Shown here: piece after piece, positions 1 to 11,400 of the stretch
Numbering within the stretch: the first letter of the stretch is position 1
Layout of the letters: every line of letters begins with the position of its first letter
Made by a program: the position numbers and the translations under genes
Assembly: GCA_964016885.1 (NCBI GenBank)
Contig: OZ024757.1
Coordinates: 9,858,001-9,922,000, forward strand
DNA from: Eledone cirrhosa
Lineage: Eukaryota
DNA: 64,000 nucleotides
Direction of reading: 5' to 3'
The notes under the pieces: model-generated
What the model saw: only the letters and a program-made list of their open reading frames with translations
What the model was told of the DNA's origin: nothing
Databases searched by the model: none

Positions 1-1370
1 TACTTTGCACAGGTGCCAGTGGATCACCCTGCCCATCACATCGTGTCTCCAGCCCTTATAGTGGGTCTGGGCTAGGTGTTTACACTCGGACACAATGTGA
101 GCCACAGTCTCCTCTCTCTCTCCACAGATCCTGCACAATGGGCTAGCCTCCTCCTTGTAAATATGGTGCTTCAACCACTTCGTTTTGAGGGCTTGCTCCT
201 GCGCAGCCATTAGCATTCCTTCTGTAGCCTTTTTGAGGTCTCCTCTTCTCAACCAGTTCCATGTCTGTGGATCTCTAAATTCAGTTTTCTCAAAGAAGGT
301 ACTATGAAGGGATTTTCCCTTAAGGCTGCTCTTCCTCCTTGATGTTATTTCCTCCTTGGACATCACCTGGCCTACTGTCCCCTCCTTCAGTACAGTTCTG
401 AGCATTGGCTCCTTACTATAGGTCACGTATTTGTATAGGTTGTTTTTCTCCATCTGAACACAGTCCTCTATGCTGATAAGACCTCTTCCACCCTCAGATC
501 TCCTTAGGTAGAGTCTATCGACATCACTCCTCTTGTGGAACATGTTGTAGATAGTCAATAGCTTCCTAGTCTTCCTATCCATTTCTTTTTGTTCAGCAAC
601 ATTCCATCTCAGAATTCCCGCACTGTACCTAATAATAGACACAGCTCGGGAATTTACTGCGCTTATGGCATTTCTGCTGTTCAGATGTGACTTCAATACG
701 CTCCTTACTCTCCGAATGTATTCAGTTCTTAACAATTCCTTCATTTTTTTGTTCTTTATGCCATCAGCCTCCAGAACGCCCAAATACTTGTATCCTTCCT
801 CAGAGTCAATTTCCTTTATCATCTCACCAGTTGGTATCTGGATCCCGTTACTTCTGCTCAACCTACCCCTCCTCATCACAATGACTTCACATTTACCAAT
901 ACCAAACTGCATACATATATCACTGCTGAAAATACGGACAGTGTCAACAAGCACATCCAACTCCTTCTCACTTTTCCCGAAGAGCTTAAGATCGTCCATG
1001 AAGAGGAGGTGATTGATGGTAAGCTCTCCCCTTCCCAACCTGTATCCTGTTCTCACTTTTCGCAGCATAATGGTCAAGGGTATCAGGGCAAGGACAAACA
1101 ACAGAGGGGACAGGCTATCGCCCTGGAAGATACCTCTCTTGATCTTCACGCTTCCCAAGGATACTCCAGTTGATGTCAACTCTGTCTCCCAGGACCCCAT
1201 ACTCCTGCCTAGCAACTGTCTGATGTTATCTGCCACCCTGAAGATCTCCAGGCGTTTGGTGATCCAAGAATGAGGCACCATGTCAAATGCCTTTCTGTAG
1301 TCTATCCATCCCATGGCAAGATCAGTGTGTCTCCTCCTGCAATTCCCCATTACCATCTTATCAACAAGCA
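1..1370 (-). mobile_element. R4/Dong-like RLE non-LTR retrotransposon, family A, copy A1 (5'-truncated inside the RT; 3' part runs off the left edge)
   Basis: The minus strand reads WIDYRKAFDMVPHSW, GIFQGDSLSP, FMDD (about 995-1006) and CRICGEREETVAHIVSEC. It is near-identical to 1920-2420 and 8914-9830. Confidence 0.88.
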
Positions 1371-1400
1371 ATTATTATTATTATTATTATTGTTGTTATT
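1371..1400. repeat. (TTA)n microsatellite: (TAA)n tail of copy A2 and 5' flank of A1
   Basis: attattattattattattattgttgttatt. Confidence 0.95.
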
Positions 1401-2419
1401 CCTTGAATCTCAGTCATTGATGTTGGTTAACTGGAAAGTCCGTTGGAATGAATATCAAGCCACTACCTGCAGCCTCAGATATTCAGGACGTATCGGAGGG
1501 TTCTTGCTGTTCCAAGCAAGCAAGCATGCCTTTTGAAGCGTTCCAAAAAGCGTGAAGGGGCCGATTTTCTTTAACCATCCCTGGAAACTTTTGGAGATAG
1601 TCCCCAGTGCGCCTATGACAATCGGGATCACTTTGACTTCATGGCAGTTCCAAATCCTTTTCATCTCCCACTTTAGGTCCTGGTATCGGTTAATTTTCTC
1701 CCTCTCCTTCTCTTGCACTCTCGTATCGAACGGGCAGGCCACATCCACAATCAGACACGATCTTTTTTCTTTGTCCACAACCACCAGGTCAGGTCTATTG
1801 TGTTACAGTTTTTTGTCCGTCTGTATCCTAAAATCCCACAGCACCTTCACCTGATTGTTCTCCATCACCGCCTCTGGTCTATGCTCATGCCATTTCTCAG
1901 AATGTGGTAAATTGTTTACTTTGCACAGGTGCCAGTGGATCACCCTGCCCATCACATCGTGTCTCCAGCCCTTATAGTGGGTCTGGGCTAGGTGTATACA
2001 CTCAGACACAATGTGAGCCACAGTCTCCTCTCTCTCTCCACAGATCCTGCACAGTGGGCTAGCCTCCTCCTTGTAAATATGGTGCTTCAACCACTTCGTT
2101 TTGAGGGCCTGCTCCTGCGCAGCCATTAGCATTCCTTCTGTAGCCTTTTTGAGGTCTCCTCTTCTCAACCAGTTCCATGTCTGTGGATCTCTAAATTCAG
2201 TTTTCTCAAAGTAGGTACTATGAAGGGATTTTCCCTTAAGGCTGCTCTTCCTCCTTGATGTTATTTCCTCCTTGGACATCCCCTGGCCTACTGTCCCCTC
2301 CTTCAGTACAGTTTTGAGCATTGGCTCCTTACTATAGGTCACGTATTTGTATAGGTTGTTTTTCTCCATCTGAACACAGTCCTCTATGCTGATAAGACCT
2401 CTTCCACCCTCAGATCTCC

Positions 2420-2420
<1 letters not shown>
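1401..2420 (-). mobile_element. R4/Dong-like family A, copy A2 (about 1 kb, heavily 5'-truncated; CCHC, RLE and 3' UTR only)
   Basis: ORFs 1803-2369 (CRICx8Hx4C) and 1455-1784 (PD...DVACP...E.EK..Y restriction-like endonuclease), split by a stop. It is flanked by TTA runs on both sides. Confidence 0.88.

Positions 2421-2457
<37 letters not shown>
2421..2457. repeat. (TTA)n microsatellite spacer/target
   Basis: Pure TTA run between the A2 5' truncation and the start of Tx1 copy T1. Confidence 0.95.
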
Positions 2458-2675
2458 GAATGCTATAGTTGACGGAGGCTCGGCTCTGTAAGGTATTGTA
2501 AATTTTGAACGCTATAACAATTGTAAATTGTTAAAACTTTTACCAACTTGTAGACAAAAACACCCTCCTCCTCGTGAGAGGTGTCTTTCTGCCCGTTATT
2601 TGGCCCTTCGGGGTTAAATAACTGCTTATTAGGGTTTTGTGCCCAATATTTAATTTAAACAAAAAAAAAAACAAC

Positions 2676-4759
2676 ATGGCTACGAAAAAGAAATTTCATA
2701 GGTCACTCCCACTCATTCCGTCTTCTTCTTGCTCAATCGTCACTACAGCAGAGAGAAGATTGTCTCTCTCCCTCCCTTCTCTTTCGCAAGCGACGACAGA
2801 AAAGAAAAGTCTCGTGCAAAGCGTGCAAGATTTCTCCACGACGACAACGACGACGAAACAGGTGTGCGGGAAATACGAAAACCCATTTCATTCGTCTGAC
2901 GTCAGGAATAATAGCAGTAGCAACCGTAATAACAACAGCAACAGTGACAATGAAAACAACAGTAGCAGCCGCAACAGCATCACCAGCAGCATAAACAACA
3001 ACAGCATTAGCAGCAGCAACAACAACAACAACCACAGCAATAGCGGCGGCGGCAGTAGTCGTAGTACCTGCAGCAACAACAAAAGTAACAGCAGCTCTGA
3101 CGACAACAACAACAACAGCAGCAAAGAAAATCCAATCTCATTTGCAGGTATCGCGAAGAACCTGGAAACAATCCTCATAACAAATGAGGAATTAGAGGAA
3201 GCGAAGAAGATGGTGACGAAAACGGGACACCGAGCAATCTGCAAGGCAGCGGAAACATTTTTCGAAACCCAACAGCACTGTACGGTCACGTACCGTACAG
3301 TAAGTACAAAATCCCGTAGGGTGGAAAGAGCCACAGAGGCTCAAATACAAAAAGCCTTGGGGTCTGTGTGGCAGCGGAAAACACACATCACCCGAGGCAA
3401 GAAATATGCCACCGTAGACGTACTTTTTGCCACACCCCAGGAGGCAAAGGCTCAATCCATAGTGACCCTAAGGAGCGAGGAAATGGTGTTTGTGCCCTCC
3501 TACTGCGGGCAAAAATTGTGAGGGTCAAACGTACCCACGTCCTCCCCCCGGGATGGCTCCTTCTTGGCTGGCCGCGTCTGTCCTCGTCGGAATCGAGGAC
3601 AAAACAACTGTACTGCAAGTACAGAAAAAAGTAAGAGAAGATTGGGTCGGCACCTCCATTGAGATGTTAATCCAAACCAACCAGGAGTGCATCGAAGCTA
3701 TCTCGGATGTGATAGACTTCGATAACGGCACTCAACTGCCCATAAGTGTTGAGGGCAAACGCCCGCAATGCTTTCGCTGTGGATCGAAGACTCACCTCAG
3801 GGCCTTCTGCAACGAGAAGACCCTGAGAAAGGAGAAACCCCCCCCTCCTTCCGAAACCGGCTTCACGGCTACCAGAAACAGGACAAGCGGCAACCAGGAA
3901 CGATAGGTCCGTGGTACCCATACACACGCCACGGAAATCAAAAACAGCAGCAGCAGTGGAAGTATTAACAACAACAACAACAGCAATACCAAATGCAGCT
4001 GCAACAGAGACTCCACTGCAAACATCACCAACAAGTACAAGTGAAAGACTGGAACTGGTACCCCTCCCCGACCTCACAGAATCAGACATGGAGTGTGAGG
4101 TGGGAGAGGGATGGCAAAAGGTCGTAAGAAGGCACAAACGCAGAAGCAGCACATCGTCGCCTTTGAAAAGGGAGGAAAGAAATGAAAAAAGGGTAAAGTC
4201 TACTGCAAAGAGACTCACAGCAGCAACACCACCAACACCAACACCACCCACACTAGCACCACCATCACCACCGGCGACAACCCCACCGCCAACAACAACA
4301 ACACCTTCAACACCACCACCACAAGCACCAACATCGTAAACACAACAACAAAACGCACACACACAGCAAAAACGACAAGAAAATAGCAGAACCACACCCC
4401 ACTCCCAGAAAAACAAATGCACGGCAATAAATACACACAACAAGAATCTAATGACTTACATAATTGAACACACAGACATTTCACAACACGACTACATAAT
4501 ACCAGCACCAATCAAAACGCCAACTAACATAAGACTGCTAAAAATAGCACAGAAACAATACACAAACATTAAAACGAAATTCCCCAACGCAGTTGGTGAT
4601 TTCAGAGACCTAGGAGGTACTATCAACCGAAGAGTATATTCGGACATACTCATAGAAGAGCCGATGACCAGCCGAAGGGATGATTCAACGGTCCCTTCAC
4701 CAGACGATCAAGTGAAAAGGGATGTAAAAACAATCCCTCCTCTACGAAAAGTACGGTAA
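2676..4759 (+). pseudogene. T1 ORF1 (gag-like nucleic-acid-binding protein), frameshifted
   Basis: Fragments 2637-3521, 3490-3906, 3911-4339 and 4451-4759 are colinear with the intact 700-aa ORF at 17590 and include CFRCGSKTHLRAFC (CX2CX4HX4C). Confidence 0.88.
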
Positions 4760-4794
4760 GTGGTCTTTCCCATCCTTTCCACTCTGTTTTAAAC

Positions 4795-7700
4795 ATGACC
4801 TCACTCAGAATAGGCAGCATAAATGCGCGTGGCCTGGGGTCGTCATGGAAGCAGGTTCACCTGCTCAACGACCTCAGGTTACTAAACATAGATGTAGTGG
4901 CCATCAGCGAGACCAGAATCTCCGAAGCACGGGCCTTCGCACCGATCATCGGCGGCTACGATGTGTACGCATCTCCCAGCCGTCCTGGATCGAGTGGGGG
5001 GGGGGGGGAGTTGCTGTGCTTTTTCGGAGAGGTTTGGATCTCGCCATACGAGCCATCTTCCTGGACCCAGAGGGTAAGTTGGTGGTGCTGGACGTGACCA
5101 GCGGAGACGGGCAAGCTTTCAGGCTAGTGGCCGTCTATGCCCCGACAGGAGCAGGGCGGCCTGATTTCTTCCGGCGTCTGGAGACCTTTCTTGGAACGTC
5201 CCGCTCTTTAGTGTTACTGGGCGACTGGAACGGGATCTTAGATACACGCTGGGACTGTGTGGGATTAGCGGATAGGGGTGGAGGGTGCAAGAGCCTCACC
5301 AACCTGCTCAGGCGTTTTGAACTGTCTGACAGGTACCGATTGGATTTCCGGAATGTGCCAATGTGGACTTGGACAAATCGCATAGGGTCATCCAGATCAT
5401 ATCTAGATAGAGTATTTTGTAGGGAAATAGATAGGTCTAGCATAGGCTGTCCACAATTCAAGATAGTCAGCTACACGGACCACTAATTCGTGATCTGTGT
5501 GCTTGACTTAGATAGGCTTCATAGATGAGGACCCGGCTACTGGAAGCTAAACGCGTCCTTACCAGCCCGCAAGGCCTACAGAGACCGGATTAGCGAACTA
5601 GTTAAGCGGTCGTTGACGGGGGCCATCGTCAACAACAAATGGTGGTTTGCTCTGAAAAGAGCGATTAGAATAGAATCCATTAGGTTTAGTAAGGCTTTAG
5701 CAATAGAGAAAAATAGAGCCGAGGGAGAACTAGTTAGAAAATTAGACGAGGCGCTTAGCAAAGGCATTGCTACCGACGTGCTTGCGGCGAAATTGGCCCT
5801 TGACCAATTCTTCAATGCAAAGCACGAAGGCTGCGTTGTCAGAGCAAGGGTGCGTGCTCTCAGACACGAGCTGACGAAAGCCGTTCAATGGGCCCGAGTG
5901 GCGGAGGCGCGTCGTGGCAACAAAGCCACGATCCGATCTTTGGTGGACCACGACGGGCGCATGCTACTCGATCCCGGGCAAATGTGTGAAGCTTTTCAGC
6001 GACACTTCGCTCAGCTGTTCGGAGGCAGCGGTGGGCCGGGTCGAGGGATGGACTTTAGTGTCTACCTCGACGGACTACCGCGGCTCTCGGCTACTGTGGC
6101 GAAGTGTTGCGAAAGGCCGATAACAGCCGCTGAAGTAAGGGAGGCAATGACTGGCTGTACAAGGGGTAAATCGCCTGGTTTGGATGGTCTGCCCTATGAA
6201 CTTTACGTACAGATGCCAGCCTTGTTCCGAGGCCTCTTGGCGGACGTCTATTGCAACTGGCAACAGAACGGGAGAATTCCCAGTTCTGTGAGTCGAGGAG
6301 CGGTGGCACTGCTGAGAAAGGATCCGAACAAGGGGGATAACATAGATAATTTCCGGCCCATAACTCTGCTAAAACAGAGTTCAAGATTTTGGCCAAGGTG
6401 CTAGCAAAGAGGTTGGCGCTTGTCGTTAGTGGTCTGGTGGGAGAGGCGCAGACATGCGCCATTCCCGACAGATCCATCCACGACAACCTCCACCTTATGC
6501 GATACATCGTAGAGAGGGTAGCTAGGGAACCTGGCACGGGTGGGTCCTTGATCAATTTAGATCAGTCGAAAGCTTTCGATAGGGTCGACCATCGTTACCT
6601 GGCGGCAGTCCTGAAGGCGGCTGGCTTTGGGCCCGTTTCAGAGGCTGGATCGCTGAGAGTGAACGGTGAGAGTGAACGGTCACCTGTCGGAACCGTTCAA
6701 CATCATGCGCTCGGTCCGCCAAGGATGTCCCCTCTCGTCCCTCTTGTACGTATTGACTCTCGAGCCATTACTGCACAAACTGGAGACGTTGAGGGGAGTC
6801 CCGCGCGAACTAGGATGCGGAAAATCCGTGTCAGCATATGCGAACGATGTCACCGTAGTGGTGTCGAACGCCAAACACATCGAGGCGATCGGCACTACAC
6901 TAAGAGAATACGAAGCGGTGACAGGAGCAATGATCAACCAGGAAAAGTCAGTGGGCCTGCAGCTCGGCACCTGGAGATACAGGTCCATGCCGTCCAACAG
7001 CGTCGTCGGATGCTGGACGGACGGACCGGTTAAATTGCTATGGGTCTGGTTCGGTCCGGACCTCCAGACGGACAAAAAGTGGGATGAGGTGACGAGCAGG
7101 GTGGCTTCTCTCACACAGAAATGGGCGGAGAGGAAGCTATCTCTTAAAGGTCGAGCGGAGGTGGCTAACGCGTAGATCGCGTCTGTCATCTGCTACCGCC
7201 TGACCGTCGTACCTTGTCCTAAGCCTCGCCTGACTGCGCTGGAGCGTTTGCTCTTTCGCTTTTTGTGGAAGGGACGCGCTCCGATGGTCAGGCGGTCCAT
7301 CTGTTGTCAACACCCGCTACGTGGAGGGCTGGGCATGCCGTGGCTGATGATGCGCAGGCACGCGCTCAGGCTACGACATCTCCACCTCTTCCTCGACGGT
7401 GATCAGGTGTGGTCGCCGTTTGCTAGACACGTATTTCCCCAGCTCGTTTCCTTGACGGAGCTGCAGTCCTGGGTCAAGCGAAGACCGAGAGGGAGCGCCT
7501 GGAGACTGGAATGTCTTCAGGCGCTCACACCCCTCGACCAATCGGGCAATGTGATCGGTGGAAACTCCACCTCGGCGTTCTATAGAGGACTAGTGGAGGG
7601 GAAGAGCGACGACGTACTTGGGGAACCTCTAGGCGTCGACGAAAATTAACTAGCCAATCTCTTCAGAAGAACTTTCGGGCCAGGGCCTATGGACAACTTC

Positions 7701-8204
7701 CAGAAATCTCTGGCCAGGCAGTGCTACCGAGGAGCCTTGCCAGTTCGGGATAAACTCTACAGGCATGGAGGTGCCGTCACCCGGGCATGTCCGAGATGCG
7801 CGCAGGGCGACGAAACCGTCCTGCATGCACTCGTCCAGTGTCCGAAAATTGCTGACTTGTGGGTTTATGTCGAACACCTGCTGTCGCGTTTAGGACGGAT
7901 CTGGTTATCATCTGAGTCCATCGTAAGGATTGCCCCGCTCTCCTATTTTAGCCGGGAAGGGCAGGCAGTTTTTATCTGTCTGGTGGCCATGGCGAAAGAA
8001 ATAGTATGGTGGACACGTTTGAAAGGGCTGAAGACGAGCACTTACCTATTCGGTGATGCTCTGATTGACTTTTTCAAATTTCATTTGAAAAGGAAAATCA
8101 GAGTAGAGAGGGAAGTGCTCTCTTCCCAGCATTTTGTTGAAAGATGGGTGAGTGAAGCAAGAATGGCCCGAGTGAATGGGCCTACTCTGAGTATATATCT
8201 GTAA
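4795..8204 (+). pseudogene. T1 ORF2 (APE endonuclease, RT, C-terminal CCHC), disrupted
   Basis: APE motifs SINARGL, ISET, GDWN, YLDRV, TDH. RT motifs PGLDGLP, FRPITLL, DQSKAFDRV, RQGCPLS, YAND (YADD mutated). C-terminal CPRCx8Hx4C. Multiple stops and frameshifts. Confidence 0.9.
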
Positions 8205-8443
8205 ATTAAAGATGGAAAACTGGGAGAGGGCACTTACCTTGGTGATCAGGGTCACTGTGGCTTTTTATTGGGCTTTCTCCACAAATGTCCCTCCGAAGTC
8301 TCCCCCCCTATTGGGGAATTTTTTATTGTTATTTTTTGTTACATCCTCTGTTTTTGTTTTTTACACGCAGAAATGCCCATTTGTACCGTCCTGTATTGTC
8401 CTGTACTGTCCTTAATGTCTACTTTATGTAAACCCTTGTGGTT

Positions 8444-8449
8444 AATAAA
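8444..8449 (+). promoter_or_regulatory. AATAAA polyadenylation-like signal a few nt before the T1 3' end (same position in all five Tx1 copies)
   Basis: gttAATAAAgaaatc then (att)n; repeated at about 23374, 29237, 35270 and 36760. Confidence 0.5.
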
Positions 8450-8455
8450 GAAATC

Positions 8456-8485
8456 ATTATTATTATTATTATTATTTTTGTTATT
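8456..8485. repeat. (TTA)n run shared as the tail of T1 (+) and the tail of A3 (-)
   Basis: Tail-to-tail junction: ...gaaatc attattatt...ttatt ccttgaatctcag... Confidence 0.93.
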
Positions 8486-11400
8486 CCTTGAATCTCAGTC
8501 ATTGATGTTGGTTAACATGCCTTTTGAAGCGTTCCGAAAAGCGTGAAGGGGCCGATTTTCTTTAACCATCCCTGGAAACTTTTGGAGATAGTCCCCAGTG
8601 CGCCTATGGCAATCGGGATCACTTTGACTTCATGGCAGTTCCAAATCCTTTTCACCTCCCACTTTAGGTCCTGGTATCGGTTAATTTTCTCCCTCTCCTT
8701 CTCTTGCACTCTCGTGTCGAATGGGCAGGCCACATCCACAATCAGACACGATCTTTTTTCTTTGTCCACAACCACCAGGTCAGGTCTATTGTGTTCCAGT
8801 TTCTTGTCCGTCTGTATCCTAAAATCCCACAGCACCTTCACCTGATCGTTCTCCGTCACCGCCTCTGGCCTATGCTCATACCATTTCTCAGAATGTGGTA
8901 AATTGTTCACTTTTCACAGGTGCCAGTGGATCACCCTGCCCATCACATCATGTCTCCAGCTCTTATAGTGGGTCTGGGCTAGGTGTTTACACTCGGATAC
9001 AATGTGAGCCACAGTCTCCTCTCTCTCTCCACAGATCCTGCACAGTGGGCTAGCCTCCTCCTTGTAAATATGGTGCTTCAACCACTTCGTTTTGAGGGCC
9101 TGCTCCTGCGCAGCCATTAGCATTCCTTCTGTAGCCTTTTTGAAGTCTCCTCTTCTCAGCCAGTTCCATGTCTGTGGATCTCTAAATTCAGTTTTCTCAA
9201 AGAAGGTACTATGAAGGGATTTTCCCTGAAGGCTGCTTTTTCTCCTTGATGTTATTTCCTCCTTGGACATCCCCTGGCCTACTGTCCCCTCCTTCAGTAC
9301 AGTTCTGAGCATTGGCTCCTTACTATCAGTCACGTATTTGTATAGGTTGTTTTTCTCCATCTGAACACAGTCCTCTATGCTGATAAGACCTCTTCCACCC
9401 TCAGATCTCCTTAGGTAGAGTCTATCGACATCACTCCTCTTGTGGAACATGTTGTAGATAGTCAATAACTTCCTAGTCTTCCTATCCATTTCTTTTTGTT
9501 CAGCAACTTTCCATCTCAGAATTCCCGCACTGTACCTAATAATAGACACAGCTCGGGAATTTACTGCGCTTATGGCATTTCTGCTGTTCAGATGTGACTT
9601 CAATACGCTCCTTACTCTCTGAATGTATTCAGTTCTTAACAATTCCTTCATTTTTTTGTTCTTTATGCCATCAGCCTCCAGAACTCCGAAATACTGTATC
9701 CTTCCTCGGTGTCAATTTCCTTTATCATCTCACCTGTTGGTATCTGGATTCCGTTACTTCTGCTCAACCTACCCCTCCTCATCACAATGACTCCACATTT
9801 ACCAACACCAAACTGCATACATATATCACTGCATACATATATCACTGCATTATCAAAACTGTGGTACCTTTTGTCAACCACTCTGGCACCTCACCCGACA
9901 CCAAGCAGTCATTGAACATGGTCGTCAGCTTCGGGTGGAGGGATGTTAAATTTTTAATCCAATACCCCTGCACACCATCTGGGCCTGGTGATTTCCAGTT
10001 GGTTAGTTTTTTGGCCTGCCCCTTAAGAGTTTCAACTGTGATACTCAAATCAGTTTGTTGGTGTGCCTGCTCACCGATCTCCCTCTGTACTGTCTCAATC
10101 CACCCTGCCTGGTCATTATGTCTAACATCCTGCTCCCATATTCCTCTCCAGAATGTTTTAGTTTGTTCCGCCTCAGGGATCAAGTCGTTGCCTCTTTCTT
10201 TCCCCTCAAGCTGTCCAAACAGCATCTTCTGGTTGTTGTCGAACATGCGGTTCTGTTTATACTGACTGACTCTGTTCTCGTATCGCCTGATTTTTTGCAC
10301 TCTTAGCTACAATGCGTTGCTTCAGTTCCTCTATGATAATATTTAGCTTTTTCCTCCTAGTTTTGTACTTTATTTCCAGTCTATTTTTAGTGCCTATGTT
10401 TTTTTAGTGTCCCATTCAGTAGTGACTCAAGCTTTCCTATGTCATTCCTCAACTTTTTGATTTGACCACTCAGTCGTTTCTTCCACCAAGGCTCTGCTCT
10501 TTCTTGTCTGTTGTTTCCTCTCGCTTTTACACCAAGTAGTTTCCTCACCGTATTTGCTGTTGCTTTGAGGATATTGTTGCACTGGTGAAGGCTCCTCGCC
10601 TCAAGGTATGGGATGACTTTGTTTACCTTAGCTGTTGTTTCATTTAACTTTTTCCTGTCTACAAATCTTAGGTTCATAGGTCTCCCACTATCATTGTTCA
10701 ATTCATCTACCACTAAATTTAGGATGTCAACCGAATCTTGTCCTAGCCCGTCAGCATTCATCTCCTCAGTGGCCGTATCTCTGTTCCAGGTATTATTTAT
10801 CTCAGTATTCAGATCATTGTCTGCTTCGGGTGGTTCCTCCGTTCTCTCGACCTCTTCACCTTCATTTCCCTCTGGCTCGTTTGTCTGGTATATTACACCC
10901 TCCATCTCCAAGCTATTCTCTCTGCTCAGTTCCTCCAGTTCCAGCTCGCTTATCCACCCATTATTTCTTATTACCCGAGCCTGCCCGGCCAATTTTTGTT
11001 CATCTAATTTAAATAGACCAAATTCGTTCCAGATGTTATGCATCCGTCACCTATAGCCCCTCTCCTTGGGGTTACTTTTCAGGTAACATTGCATAACAGT
11101 TCTATTCATTTCTTTCGTCCAGTTGGTTCTGGCCCCTTTCCTTCTTCTTCTTCCTCCACCATCAGCAGTATTTGGTTGACAGTCATGTTCCTGCTGCTGA
11201 GCCAGGGAGCACCTGTTGGGTGAGAGTCTGTCACATGACGTTCTAGTCTCCATTTCACCGTTATTCGAACTGTTTAGGTTCGATATTTAAACACTCTTAT
11301 CGAGGATTGTATGGTTACTTAGCCATCTGTGGATTCACCGCCGCCGGTGTTTGCGCCGCTCCACTTGGCGCTTGTGTGGCATTATCACCACGCTGTAGAC

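Larger units (their letters stand above)
2458..8455 (+). mobile_element. Tx1/L1-clade non-LTR retrotransposon, copy T1 (full length, about 6.0 kb, disrupted)
   Basis: The 5' end GAATGCTATAGTTGACGGAGGC is shared with 17375, 29288 and 35309. It has a zinc-knuckle ORF1, an APE-RT-CCHC ORF2, and a 3' end AATAAAGAAATC followed by (ATT)n. Confidence 0.9.

Noticed and set aside
2553-2640. HDV-like ribozyme in the Tx1 5' UTR (CCTCCTCGTG resembles the L3 loop; the UUCG hairpin resembles P4)
   Set aside because: I found no convincing P1 partner and no GG for P1.1 after the putative P1'. Simple hairpins explain the sequence better.
2733-3334. Antisense poly-Leu/Val ORFs (also 17832-18377, 29722-30204, 35769-36215) that look like membrane proteins
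   Set aside because: They are shadows of the AAC/AGC low-complexity tract in Tx1 ORF1.
2421-8485. Target-site duplications and LTRs
   Set aside because: The flanks are pure microsatellite, so TSD length cannot be read. Repeated termini belong to separate non-LTR copies, and no integrase or protease is present.
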